Shown one piece after another: positions 39,924 through 50,080 of a DNA stretch of 64,000 nt; position 1 is the stretch's first letter, and the number at the start of each line of letters is the position of its first letter. Where the stretch lies: NCBI GenBank assembly GCA_050287085.1, contig JBNKBE010000014.1:1-64000 (forward strand). The letters are read 5' to 3'. Origin of the DNA: Polyangiaceae bacterium. GTDB taxonomy: Bacteria; Myxococcota_A; Polyangia; Polyangiales; Polyangiaceae. Below the pieces are notes generated by a model. That model did no database searches. It was given only the letters and a program-made list of their open reading frames with translations, and had not been told where the DNA came from. The translations under genes were made by a program, and so were the position numbers.

Positions 39924-40201
39924 AGCCACACACGGCCAGACCAAAGGCGGGCCCGGCTGACCGCTGCGCGCCCTTTGGCCCTGCAGATGATACAACGAGG
40001 GCAGCAGGCGGTTCACCGCGCCGCTTCTGGAGCACGTTCTAGGCGCTGGGCCGGCTCATCGCGGGTCTGGCGGCAGCCCTACGGGGTCGCTCCCCCGAGC
40101 GGTCCACCACACGGCTTAGGGCCCGACCACCGCAGCCCCACACTTTCGCGGAGGCCCCAAGCGGGTTTACCTGACTCCGAGAATCTCCTAGAACGCGCCC
40201 T

Positions 40202-42043
40202 ATGAGCGGAAACAAGCGCACGCCTCACCCCTGGCTATGGGTGCCCTCCAACTTCATCGCCATGGGCATCCCGTTCTCCATGGTGATCTGGGTTGCCGGC
40301 ACGATGTTTAAGGACCTCGGCCACAGCGACGGGGAGATCACGGTCGCGACAGCGAGTATCGGCGTTGCCTGGTCGCTCAAGCCCCTATGGGCTGGTTTCC
40401 TGGATATGTTCAAGACGAAGAAGTTCTTCGTCTTGTCGATGGAGTTCCTGATCGGCTTGTTGTTCTTGCTGATGGGGCTCGCTCTTCAGCTGGACAGCTA
40501 CTTCGCAGCGATCATCGGCATCATGTGGGTGGTTGCCTTTGCGTCCGCAACCCAAGACATCTGCTCCGACGGCATCTACATCTCGACGCTGAGCAAAGCT
40601 CAGCAAGCGAGCTATATCGGCGTGCAGGGTATGGCGTGGAACCTGGGCCGGGTAATCGCCGTCAGCGCGGTGGTCTGGTTTGCCGGGTACCTGCAAGACA
40701 CCGCGTGCATGAGCGCCAAAGTCGCCTGGATGAACGCGCTCTTCGCATCCGGCGCAATGATGGCCTTGTTTGGAGTCTACCACACCGCCATCCTCCCTAC
40801 GGGAAGCGTTCCCGAAGAGAAGCAGAGCCAAACGGCAAAACAGATCTTCGACGACTTCGTGACCAGCGCGGCTGACTTCTGCAACAAGCGCTCCCTCTGG
40901 GGCATGTTGGCCTTCGTCTTCTTCTACCGCAGCTCCGAAGGACTGCTCCTGCTTGAGGCGCCGCTGTTCATGCAGGGCTGCCTGGAGGACGGCGCACTGC
41001 AGCTGAGCCTTACAGACAAAGGCACGATCGACGGCGTCATCAGCACGCTCGTGAGCATTGCGGGCGGGCTTCTCGGCGGCGCTTTCATCGCCAAGTTCTC
41101 CCTCAAGCGCTCGCTCTTTGTCCTGGCGCTCTGCGTCAACGTGCCGAACTCGTGCTACGCGCTGCTGAGCTACCTGGTGACCCCGGACAACCCGCTGTCA
41201 TTCGACACCATTGCGACGGTTGTCAGCCTGGAGAAGTTCTTCTACGGCTTCGGCTTCGTCGGGAACATGCTGTACATGATGCAGCAGATTGCGCCCGGCA
41301 AGTTCAAGATGACCCACTACGCGTTCGCCACCGCGTTCATGAACCTGGTGCTCGTGCCCACCCAAATGGTTAGCGGTCCCTTGGCGGACATGATGGGGTT
41401 CAAGCCTTTCTTCTGGCTCGTACTGCTCGCGGCGCTTCCGTCGCTTATCGCTGCCTGGTTCGCTCCTTTTCCGCAGCTGGCTGCGCCCGACGAGGAGACC
41501 GCCGTTGACGATGAGAGTCTGCTCACGAGCGACGAGAAGCAGGCACAAGCCGCAGCTCGTCGAGCGACCATGTACGCGTTGCTCGCCACGGCTCTCTTCC
41601 TTCTCGTCGACGTATTGTTCCTCGGTTGGATGAGTGGCGCAGAACACGGCACCACGCTTTTGCTCTTCATGCTGCTGCTCTGCGCTACGACTTTCTTCAA
41701 GATTCTGTGGTCGCTCAAGGCGCTGCGGCTCGGCCGAGTTGCTACGTCCTTGATCCAAGGGCTTGCGGGTGGCAAAGCCTATATGAGCAACGCCAAGGGC
41801 GCCGTGGCGGGTGGGGGTATCATGCTGCTGGTCTCCGCACTGCTCGGGGGGCACGTCATCAAGACGGCCGCGAATACACACTGGGATTGCGCCTTCGCCG
41901 ACAATTCGACGCAGTGTCTGCAGCCCGACAAGGCCGAACCCAAGCAGTGCGCCAGCCCACCGCCAGCTCGAAGTAGCGTGTTGAAAGACTGGCTCGCGGG
42001 GGGTGAGGAAAAAGAGAGCAAACCCTGCGTGAAACCAGAGTAA
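40202..42043 (+). CDS. AmpG-like MFS permease with C-terminal extension
   Basis: WSLKPLWA, FASATQDICSDGIY, YGFGFVG, THYAFATAFM; 613 aa. Confidence 0.85.
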   Translation: MSGNKRTPHPWLWVPSNFIAMGIPFSMVIWVAGTMFKDLGHSDGEITVATASIGVAWSLKPLWAGFLDMFKTKKFFVLSMEFLIGLLFLLMGLALQLDSYFAAIIGIMWVVAFASATQDICSDGIYISTLSKAQQASYIGVQGMAWNLGRVIAVSAVVWFAGYLQDTACMSAKVAWMNALFASGAMMALFGVYHTAILPTGSVPEEKQSQTAKQIFDDFVTSAADFCNKRSLWGMLAFVFFYRSSEGLLLLEAPLFMQGCLEDGALQLSLTDKGTIDGVISTLVSIAGGLLGGAFIAKFSLKRSLFVLALCVNVPNSCYALLSYLVTPDNPLSFDTIATVVSLEKFFYGFGFVGNMLYMMQQIAPGKFKMTHYAFATAFMNLVLVPTQMVSGPLADMMGFKPFFWLVLLAALPSLIAAWFAPFPQLAAPDEETAVDDESLLTSDEKQAQAAARRATMYALLATALFLLVDVLFLGWMSGAEHGTTLLLFMLLLCATTFFKILWSLKALRLGRVATSLIQGLAGGKAYMSNAKGAVAGGGIMLLVSALLGGHVIKTAANTHWDCAFADNSTQCLQPDKAEPKQCASPPPARSSVLKDWLAGGEEKESKPCVKPE

Positions 42044-42144
42044 ACCGGCAGCGTTTACCCAATCTGTGCCAGAGGAAACTCCCATGAACACGGTACGGGC
42101 CCCGAGTACTGTGAAGCGCCCCCGCTTTCCGCTAGATTGGCGGG

Positions 42145-42906
42145 GTGAGCGAGTCGTTTGCCAACGCCTTGGGACAGCGCATCGGTGCGCCGCTTGTCGC
42201 TTTCTCGGGTAGCCGCTTCCCCAAGCGGCGCTCGCTCGAGGGGCGCTACTCACGCCTGTGTCCCCTCGACCCGGAAGCGCACGCAGCACCGCTGTTTGAG
42301 CAGCTTTGCCACGAAGGTGAGCACTGGCGGTGGACGTACGCTGACTATGGCCCGTTCACGGCGCTTGATGACTGGAAGAAATGGCTTGAAGAAGTGAACG
42401 CAAGGCAAGATGCCGTGCCGTTCGTGGTGCACTTCAGGGGGGAGACAACGCCGAGCGGCTTGGCGAGCTTCGCTCGTGTAGATCCCAGTCGCGGAAGCCT
42501 CGCTCTGGACCTACTGCAATTCACCTCACGGCTGCGGCGGACGCGAGAGGCCACGGAGGCTGTCCGCCTGATGCTCAGCTACGCGTTCGACGAGCTCGGG
42601 TTCCGGCGGTGCGAGTTTCGCTGCGACGCCCTAGACGAGCGCACCCGAGCGTTCGCACTCCGCCTGGGCTTTCAGGTGGAAGGGGTCTTGCGCCAGGAGC
42701 GAGTATGCAAGGGGCGCAACCGCGATACGGCCATTTACGCCCTGCTCGACTGCGAATGGCCCGCGGTCGACGCGGCTCTGACGGCCTGGCTAGCACCGAA
42801 CAATTTCGACGAGCACGGTGGGCAACGCACCCGGCTATCTGAAGCGACAAGCCAGAGCACTCAGCCGGTCGCGCCCAGCACGGTGCGCTACTGGGAGACG
42901 CGCTAG
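42145..42906 (+). CDS. GNAT (RimJ/RimL-type) acetyltransferase family protein
   Basis: NALGQRIG, YAFDELGFRRCEFRCD, RLGFQVEG, KGRNRDTAIY. Confidence 0.88.
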   Translation: MSESFANALGQRIGAPLVAFSGSRFPKRRSLEGRYSRLCPLDPEAHAAPLFEQLCHEGEHWRWTYADYGPFTALDDWKKWLEEVNARQDAVPFVVHFRGETTPSGLASFARVDPSRGSLALDLLQFTSRLRRTREATEAVRLMLSYAFDELGFRRCEFRCDALDERTRAFALRLGFQVEGVLRQERVCKGRNRDTAIYALLDCEWPAVDAALTAWLAPNNFDEHGGQRTRLSEATSQSTQPVAPSTVRYWETR

Positions 42907-42925
42907 ACGCCGCGGACGAGCTACC

Positions 42926-44185
42926 TCAGCGCGCATGACGGAGCGCGTGTTCCTCGACCCGTCGATGCTCCGGCGCGCCGGCGTAGCGAGCGTGCACTAC
43001 ACGCCCGTACCAGCGCGCGCCAGGCACCGCCGACAAGCCATGAACGAAGACACTGGCCGCGGCCACAACAATGGTGACGTCCAGTAACAAGCCCCTATTC
43101 TGGATACCGACGTCGGACTGCAAGTTGAGCGCGTAGATGAGCGATGCCAGTCCGCGCGGCCCAAACCACCCCAAGAAGAAATGACTCTCTGGACGAAGGC
43201 CGCTGCCCACGAGCGAGAGCGAGACGGGTGCCATTCGCACCAACGTGAGGCTCAGAACGACGTAGGCGGCCACCGGTGCGTCGAGCACATGGATCGCTCG
43301 CGGGAGTAACCCAGCCCCCAGACCGAGAAATACGAGCAACATGAGCAGCTCGCCCTCCGTCTCGAGAAAGCCCAGCATCGAACGACAGCGATGCCGCTCT
43401 GTTGACCCCAGCGTCATCCCGCCGACGAACGCGGCGATGAAGCCGTTTCCGCCAATCACTTGGGCGAGCGCGAAACAAAGCAGAGCGAGCGTCGGTCCAG
43501 CAAGCCCCACGAACGTTTCTTCCATCCATCCGTACTGCATGGAGCGATGGATCAAGAGGCCCCCGATCCAGGCAGTGCCGACCCCAACCAGAGCACCCGC
43601 AGCCACTTGCGCCGGGGCCAAGGTTAGCCATCGCTGAAGAGATGGGGCATCCCCCTCCCCCGCCGCAGCCAGCGACGCGAAGATGAGTACGAATGGCAGA
43701 GCAAGCCCATCATTGAGACCACTTTCGACATTCAAAGCCTGGCGCATTCGAACTGGAACCAAGTGACTTGCGACCACAGCCTGACTGAGGGCCGCATCGG
43801 TCGGTGCGAGCACCGCGCCCAACGTCGCAGCCTCCCACCAGCTGAGTGGTAGCAGTAGCTTCGCGGCCACCGTGCCGCACGCGATGGACAGAGGCAATCC
43901 GTAGCCGAGAAGCCGAGCGGGCAAGCCAATCTCACGTCTCAGAAGCTTCAGATTGATTCGTGTTGCATCACCAAACAACACAAGGGCCAGCGTTGCCTCC
44001 GCCAGCACGTGCAGAACACCCGCCTCAAAATTCAGCTGGAGCAGTCCAACTCCCTGGGGCCCAAGCAATATCCCCACCCCGACCACCACCATTGGCGCGG
44101 TCACCGGGGTTGATGACAGGCGCCGCGATACCAAGGCGTACACCAACAGGATCGCGGCGATCCACGCGATCTGGGTTGCGGCCAA
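42926..44185 (-). CDS. CPA1/NhaP-type cation:proton antiporter
   Basis: LAPTDAAL, ESGLNDG, WFGPRGLAS; TTG start at 44185 with upstream GGAGG. Confidence 0.92.
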   Translation of the reverse strand: MAATQIAWIAAILLVYALVSRRLSSTPVTAPMVVVGVGILLGPQGVGLLQLNFEAGVLHVLAEATLALVLFGDATRINLKLLRREIGLPARLLGYGLPLSIACGTVAAKLLLPLSWWEAATLGAVLAPTDAALSQAVVASHLVPVRMRQALNVESGLNDGLALPFVLIFASLAAAGEGDAPSLQRWLTLAPAQVAAGALVGVGTAWIGGLLIHRSMQYGWMEETFVGLAGPTLALLCFALAQVIGGNGFIAAFVGGMTLGSTERHRCRSMLGFLETEGELLMLLVFLGLGAGLLPRAIHVLDAPVAAYVVLSLTLVRMAPVSLSLVGSGLRPESHFFLGWFGPRGLASLIYALNLQSDVGIQNRGLLLDVTIVVAAASVFVHGLSAVPGARWYGRVVHARYAGAPEHRRVEEHALRHAR

Positions 44186-44299
44186 AGCTAAGCAACCTCC
44201 AGCGTCATCGCGCAACCCAAGAAAGAAATCCCAATCGTCATGTGAACGTTGCCGCTCGTCACACAACCGGCGCAGCGCCTCGGCTACTGGGCACGGCCG

Positions 44300-44959
44300 T
44301 CATGGCTGCGTCAGGTATTCCTTGTAGTAGCGTGTAACGGTCGCAACGTAGTGCTCCGTCTCTTCGTAGGGCGGAATTCCTCCATAGCGCGCAACCGCCC
44401 CTTCACCAGCGTTATAGGCAGCCAGCGTCAGAGACAAGTCGCCATTGAACGTGTTCGCTAGCACTCGCAGATACCGTGCCCCACCCAAAATGTTCTGACG
44501 CGGGTCGAAGATGTCGGTCACCATCATCCGCTCCGCGGTTTGGGGCATGAGCTGCATCAAGCCGTGCGCATTCGCGTGCGAAACGGCGCGGGGGTCGAAG
44601 TTGCTTTCCACCTTCATGACCGCACGGATCAGCGCCACCGGCAGCTGGTACAGCGCGGCCGCTTCCTCGACATGGGCTGCAAAGCGCTGATAGCGGGCGG
44701 CCCCCCCAACGGTAGCAGGAGCCACGGCGCGCGCCGTGTGTTTGCGGCCTGCACGCGTCGGCGCCGGGCGACTGTTGCTCAAGCTGATGGTGCCGTCGTC
44801 GGCGATATTCCGCTCAATGGTGGCCCCGATTCCGGCAGCGACAAACGCGCAGGCAACTCCGACGGCCCATCCGGAAATCCGCCCGAAGCGCAATGCCGAG
44901 ACGGCGCGCCGAGCAGCAAAGTTCGACACGATGACGGGCAGGTGGGAAAACCAGCTCAC
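44300..44959 (-). CDS. Lytic transglycosylase (SLT domain)
   Basis: KVESNF catalytic Glu, GLMQL, AAYNAG, ETEHYV; start uncertain. Confidence 0.92.
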   Translation of the reverse strand: MSWFSHLPVIVSNFAARRAVSALRFGRISGWAVGVACAFVAAGIGATIERNIADDGTISLSNSRPAPTRAGRKHTARAVAPATVGGAARYQRFAAHVEEAAALYQLPVALIRAVMKVESNFDPRAVSHANAHGLMQLMPQTAERMMVTDIFDPRQNILGGARYLRVLANTFNGDLSLTLAAYNAGEGAVARYGGIPPYEETEHYVATVTRYYKEYLTQP

Positions 44960-45025
44960 AACCGCAATCTATCACCGAAAGCGGATACCGCCAGTCCCGG
45001 CCACGTCCCGCGAGCCGGAGTCGAC

Positions 45026-46993
45026 CTAATGCGACAGATACGTGTAGCTGTTCATGGCCTCTTCGTAGTGCCTCATGAACAAGCGCATCTGCTGCAAGGT
45101 CATCTTGCCGTCACTCAAGGCCCGTTCAGCCTGGCTGCGCACGGCCTCCGTCATCTCTTCTGGAGTATAGGCGACGTAGTGAAGCACTTCGGTCACGGAG
45201 TCACCCTTGATGACGTGGTCTACCCGATAGCCATACTCGGACAAGGACACATGCACCGCGTTGGTATCGCCAAAGAGGTTGTGCAGGTCCCCTAGAATTT
45301 CCTGGTAGGCACCATTGAGAAACATGCCGAGATAGTACGCTTCCCCATGCTCCACGCGATGCACGGGTAGCGTCTCCCGTACGTCGTCGACATCGATGAA
45401 GTGATCGACGATGCCGTCGCTGTCACACGTCAGATCGGCCAAAGTGGCCTGCTCCGAAGGCTCCTCTTCCAAGCGGTGAATCGGCATGATGGGAAATAGC
45501 TGATCGATAGCCCAGGAGTCGGGAGCCGACTGAAAAACGGAAAAGTTGCAATAGTAGATGGCGCTCAGCTTCCGGTTTAGGCTTTGCAGTTCCTCCGGGA
45601 CCCACTTAAGGCGACGCAGCGTTTGCTCAATCTTGCGACAACACGCCCAATACCAGCGTTCCGCGAGCGCCCTTTGTCGAAGCCCCAGATATCCATACTT
45701 GAACAGGCTCTGGGCCTCTTCCTTGGCCTGGCACGCGTCGTGAAACGACTCCTGGACATTCTTGGGTTTGATCCCTTGGTAGGTCTCGTAGAGCACCTGC
45801 AAGACACCGTGCTCTCCTGGCTCAGGCTTCGGCGGATTGACTTGCGATATCTCGTTGACCCCTACGACGTCGAATACCAACACCGACTGGTGCGCAACCA
45901 CAGCCCGGCCCGACTCGCTCACCAGGTTCGGCACCGCGATGCCCGCTTTCTCGCAGGCGTCGCCGACGGCTGCAACGACATCCGCCGCATACTCATTGAG
46001 AGTGTAATTGCGCGATGCGTGAAAGTCCGTCTTGGAGCCGTCATAGTCGATGGCCAGCCCGCCACCGACGTCCAAGTACCCCATTTGGCACCCCAGCTTG
46101 GCTAGCTCAACATAGATGTTCGACGCCTCCTGGAGTGCGTTCTTGATCGGGATAATGCTGGAGATCTGACTGCCTATGTGGAAGTGCAACAAGCGCAATG
46201 AATCCAGCATCTCGCGCTGCTTCAATTCATCAACTAGGTCGATGATTTCTGGCACGCTCAATCCAAACTTGGCGCCTTCTCCTGCACTTTCTGCCCAGCG
46301 CCCCATTCCCTTGGCTGACAGCTTCGCGCGGACGCCCAGCATGGGGATGATTCCCAGCTTCTCGGACGCGGACAACGCGTACTCTAGCTCCTCCAGGCGC
46401 TCGAGTACGATAATCACCGTCTTGTCAAACTGCTGGGCAATCAGCGCGGTTTCGATATAGGAGCGGTCCTTATAACCGTTACAGATGATCAGGTCGCCAG
46501 CTCGCGTACTCGAGCTCAGAGCGATCAACAACTCCGGCTTGGACCCGACCTCGAGACCATAGTTCCACGGCTTCCCAAACCGCACGATCTCCTGGACCAC
46601 GTGTCGCTGCTGGTTGACCTTGACGGGGTAGACTCCGCGATAGTGGCCTTTGTAGCCATATTCCGCGATGGCCCGCTGGAAACACTCGTTGATGCGTCGG
46701 ATTCTGTCGCCAAGAATGTCCGAAAAACGGATCAGTATCGGCAACTCGAGTCCTCGTTCACCCAGATCTTGCGTCAGAGCGTATAGATCAATCGAGCCGT
46801 CCGTTTCGGGATTCGGGGTCACGATCACGTGGCCGTTGTCCCCAACATGGAAATACGGATTGCCCCAGCCCCGCACCTGATAGAGCTCTGCGCTCCGCGC
46901 GGGGGTCCACGGCGCTACGCGCGGAACGATTTGCTCTGGAGTGAGCTCGTCATCGCCTATGGCCTCATCGGCAGTTTCGAGGGAATTCGTCAT
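45026..46993 (-). CDS. speA: Biosynthetic arginine decarboxylase
   Basis: YPVKVNQ PLP lysine, GSKPEL, HFHIGSQ, DVGGGL, TCDSDG, GAYQEILG. Confidence 0.97.
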   Translation of the reverse strand: MTNSLETADEAIGDDELTPEQIVPRVAPWTPARSAELYQVRGWGNPYFHVGDNGHVIVTPNPETDGSIDLYALTQDLGERGLELPILIRFSDILGDRIRRINECFQRAIAEYGYKGHYRGVYPVKVNQQRHVVQEIVRFGKPWNYGLEVGSKPELLIALSSSTRAGDLIICNGYKDRSYIETALIAQQFDKTVIIVLERLEELEYALSASEKLGIIPMLGVRAKLSAKGMGRWAESAGEGAKFGLSVPEIIDLVDELKQREMLDSLRLLHFHIGSQISSIIPIKNALQEASNIYVELAKLGCQMGYLDVGGGLAIDYDGSKTDFHASRNYTLNEYAADVVAAVGDACEKAGIAVPNLVSESGRAVVAHQSVLVFDVVGVNEISQVNPPKPEPGEHGVLQVLYETYQGIKPKNVQESFHDACQAKEEAQSLFKYGYLGLRQRALAERWYWACCRKIEQTLRRLKWVPEELQSLNRKLSAIYYCNFSVFQSAPDSWAIDQLFPIMPIHRLEEEPSEQATLADLTCDSDGIVDHFIDVDDVRETLPVHRVEHGEAYYLGMFLNGAYQEILGDLHNLFGDTNAVHVSLSEYGYRVDHVIKGDSVTEVLHYVAYTPEEMTEAVRSQAERALSDGKMTLQQMRLFMRHYEEAMNSYTYLSH

Positions 46994-46997
46994 ATGG

Positions 46998-47960
46998 CTA
47001 TCCTCCGGCCCAAAACACCGTAGGCAAGGCGTCGCGCTTGAACAAAGAGAGCAGGTCCATGCCCACAGCGACGGATATGTGGAGCAAGAACCCTGAATAG
47101 ATGCTCCGCGTCTTCATTGACAGCGAGCCCAATACCAATCCTGCGATGATCGCGCCGTGAGCCTCAAGATAGGGCTTGCCGTAGTGTATCATGCAATAGG
47201 GTACGGCCATTGCAACGATTGCAGCGGCCCCCATACTTCGGCGCAATGCACCCACCATCCATCCACGAAAGAAGAACTCGAGCGAAAAGAACTGAAGCCA
47301 GTAGACCGACTCCCAAGCGAGAAGATCAAACCAGCTACGCGACGCCAACTTATAGAACGGGTAGTAGCTGCCGAAGTCCGACTGCTGCGCAACGATAAAC
47401 ATGACCGGAACGATGACGACGAGCAGCCCACCATAGATCCATAGGTGCTTGAAGAACCCCTGGGTGCGCAGGCCGTAGTCGAGCAAATTGTCCTGCGGAA
47501 ACCACCAGCGCCACGCAATGATCGGCACGACCAGGTACCCCGCAACGCGCGTCATCGACCAGTAGACGAAGCCGTATAGCTGTTCGTACTTGGCAAGCTT
47601 GATGAACGTCATGCCGTTCTTTTCGAGCTCGGCGAGTTCGGGTCGAAACAACACCTCGAATGTCCGGCGGCCACCGTAGTATTCTTGCACGGTCAGGATC
47701 ATCGCTGCGAGCACCAGGCAGGCAACGGGTCGGTAGTCGAACTCGCCCCGCTCCGCCATCTGGACACGCTCTCGAGTGGCCTCCTGATCGAGCTGCTTCC
47801 ACGTGCCGCGGAAGAGCCACCACAAACAAGGCAGTATCAGCCCGACAATAGGAAACGGTAGTAGCGACTTCAGCGCGGGGTGTTCAAGAAGCAGCCGCCA
47901 CAGGTCGACCTCCTGAAACGGCCCAAAGTCGAGCACGATTTCCGCGGGCGTATCAGACAT
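46998..47960 (-). CDS. CPBP (CAAX protease/Abi)-family intramembrane glutamic protease
   Basis: LEFFFRG, MIHYGKP, GFLLH; polytopic. Confidence 0.85.
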   Translation of the reverse strand: MSDTPAEIVLDFGPFQEVDLWRLLLEHPALKSLLPFPIVGLILPCLWWLFRGTWKQLDQEATRERVQMAERGEFDYRPVACLVLAAMILTVQEYYGGRRTFEVLFRPELAELEKNGMTFIKLAKYEQLYGFVYWSMTRVAGYLVVPIIAWRWWFPQDNLLDYGLRTQGFFKHLWIYGGLLVVIVPVMFIVAQQSDFGSYYPFYKLASRSWFDLLAWESVYWLQFFSLEFFFRGWMVGALRRSMGAAAIVAMAVPYCMIHYGKPYLEAHGAIIAGLVLGSLSMKTRSIYSGFLLHISVAVGMDLLSLFKRDALPTVFWAGG

Positions 47961-47982
47961 ATCAGCTTGTCGTATGAGACCC

Positions 47983-49419
47983 TCAGTTGCCGCTGGCGTT
48001 CCGTTCACCAGCCGCCAGACGAGACAGAGTCCGGTCCCGTCCGAGAACCTCCATCACCTCAAACAATCCGGGGCTTGCCTTCCTGCCCGTCAGCGCGACT
48101 CGCGCGGGCTGGGCAATGTCCTTCATCTTGATATCGCGTGCCGTACTCCAAGCAACGACGCGTTCTTCGAGCTCGGCCGCTTGCCAACGCTCACAAGCCT
48201 TCAAGACGGTGGACAGTTCAGCCAGCGTGGGCGCGGATTCCGGGGTGAGAAACTTCGCGGCAGCCTTCGGGTCCAGTTCCGGTGGTTCGCGAAAGTAGAA
48301 GTCGAGCGCATCCGCGGCGTCTCGCAAGGATCGTGCACGGAGGCGCACCGCGGCAAGCGCCTGCTCAATGACTGACGGAGCAGGCTCTGCAATACCGCGT
48401 TCCTCCAAAAACGGAATCACCAGCTGAGCATAGCGCTCGAGATCCAGGAGGCGGGGCTCCTTGAGGTGCTCAAACGCAACGTCGGCGAACTTGCTTTCAT
48501 CGAACTTGCCGTCAGCCCTCCCGACTCGATCCCATGAGAAGCGCTCAACCAGCTCGTCGCGAGTGAAGATCTCCTGATCACCATAGGACCAGCCAAAACG
48601 TACCAGGTAGTTCAGTACCCCTTCCGGCGTGAAACCGCGCTCACGGTAGTCTTGAACTCCGACCGCCGCATGACGCTTGCTCAGCTTCTCGCCTTTCTGG
48701 GAGAGCATCAGTGGCAGGTGAGCAAACTTCGGCAGCTCCCAGCCAAGCGCCCGATAGAGGAGAACCTGTTGGGGTGTGTTCCCCAAGTGGTCTCGACCAC
48801 GGGCCACGAGATTGATGCCCATGTGATGATCGTCGACCACACACGCCAAGTTGTAGATCGGAAAGCCATCCGCGCGCAGAAGCACGAAGTCATATTGGGA
48901 CACATTGGGGGTGCTCACGTCGCCGAACACCATGTCGTGAAAGTCGGTGCTGCCTTCCGCTGGGGCGCGAAAACGAACCACGTGAGGCTCCGACGCGTCG
49001 AAGTGCTTGTCGCGACACGTACCCGGATAGCGAAAGGGCTGCTTCGGATTGGCCTTCAGCGCCCTCTCGCGAGCCTCCGCAAGCTCCTCCTTCGTGCAGC
49101 GGCAGCGATAAGCATGTCCCGCATCGATCAGTCGATTGCAGACCTCGTGATACAGGGCGCGGCGCTCACTCTGAAAGTATGGACCGCAGTCTCCACCCAC
49201 GCCGGGTCCCTCGTCCCAATCCAGACCGAGCCAACGCATAGCGTCGAGCACCGCACGCACACTTTCCTCGCTGCTACGCTCCTGGTCGCTGTCCTCGACC
49301 CGCAACACGAATGTGCCGCCAGATTGGCGGGCCCACAACCAGTTGAACAACGCCGTTCGTGCGCCTCCGATGTGGAGGTAGCCGCTAGGAGAAGGAGCAA
49401 ATCGGACTCGCACGGTCAT
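47983..49419 (-). CDS. gltX: Glutamate--tRNA ligase
   Basis: RFAPSPSGYLHIGG, KLSKR, Zn-binding CRC..C. Confidence 0.98.
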   Translation of the reverse strand: MTVRVRFAPSPSGYLHIGGARTALFNWLWARQSGGTFVLRVEDSDQERSSEESVRAVLDAMRWLGLDWDEGPGVGGDCGPYFQSERRALYHEVCNRLIDAGHAYRCRCTKEELAEARERALKANPKQPFRYPGTCRDKHFDASEPHVVRFRAPAEGSTDFHDMVFGDVSTPNVSQYDFVLLRADGFPIYNLACVVDDHHMGINLVARGRDHLGNTPQQVLLYRALGWELPKFAHLPLMLSQKGEKLSKRHAAVGVQDYRERGFTPEGVLNYLVRFGWSYGDQEIFTRDELVERFSWDRVGRADGKFDESKFADVAFEHLKEPRLLDLERYAQLVIPFLEERGIAEPAPSVIEQALAAVRLRARSLRDAADALDFYFREPPELDPKAAAKFLTPESAPTLAELSTVLKACERWQAAELEERVVAWSTARDIKMKDIAQPARVALTGRKASPGLFEVMEVLGRDRTLSRLAAGERNASGN

Positions 49420-49665
49420 TGCGATGGGCTGCTAGCACGCGCGCCTCGGCAGTCGCAATGCAAAGGAAAACTCGATGCTCCAGAGCGGCGTCGCGAAGCT
49501 CACGCAAACACCACCGGCCACATGGCCGCACCTGGTGCGGCATCGGAGAAGGCCGCTTGGGAATCGACAACTGCAGCCATGCGATTCTTGCTTGCTCCGC
49601 CTTCGAGTGCCTGTTAAGTACCCCGCCCCTTGGTTGCCGGTAGGCAATACGGAGAAAGTATCGTG

Positions 49666-50076
49666 ATGAAGTCCCCCCTAAGCGTGGTCAAAGAGCAGTT
49701 CGGCGATAAGGCAAAGCTGGTAAGCGCCGTTGAAAAACTAGCCACTGATGACCTGTGGTTGGATCGCATAAGCGAGGAGAAGGGGCTCGCGCACGTCTCG
49801 AACGCCAAGCTCCTGAAGCTACATGCGGCCCTGACGTTGGCCAAGAGCGAGTTCGGATCACGTTCGAAGCTGATCGCTTCGATTCTTGAGCTGGAAAGCC
49901 GCAGCAAGGACAGCGGATACCAGGCTCGGCTCGAGAAGTTCGCGCTGCCTCGCCTGTTGGACCTCCATCGGAGTGTTGCACGCCGCGCAAAGCGTATCCA
50001 AGCAGCCCCTACTTCGCCCAAGAAGCCGCGCGTGGCGCGCAGCAAGAAGGCGAAGGCCAAGGTCGCGGGTAAGTAG
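49666..50076 (+). CDS. Small basic protein with Lys/Ala-rich tail
   Basis: 136 aa, ends SPKKPRVARSKKAKAKVAGK; GGAG upstream. Confidence 0.75.
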   Translation: MKSPLSVVKEQFGDKAKLVSAVEKLATDDLWLDRISEEKGLAHVSNAKLLKLHAALTLAKSEFGSRSKLIASILELESRSKDSGYQARLEKFALPRLLDLHRSVARRAKRIQAAPTSPKKPRVARSKKAKAKVAGK

Positions 50077-50080
50077 GCCG

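Noticed and set aside
40060..40130. ZTP (pfl) riboswitch on the minus strand (GGTCG...GGGGAGCGACC)
   Set aside because: Lacks the GACTGGCG and CGCCTGGGC elements, and there is no downstream gene in that orientation
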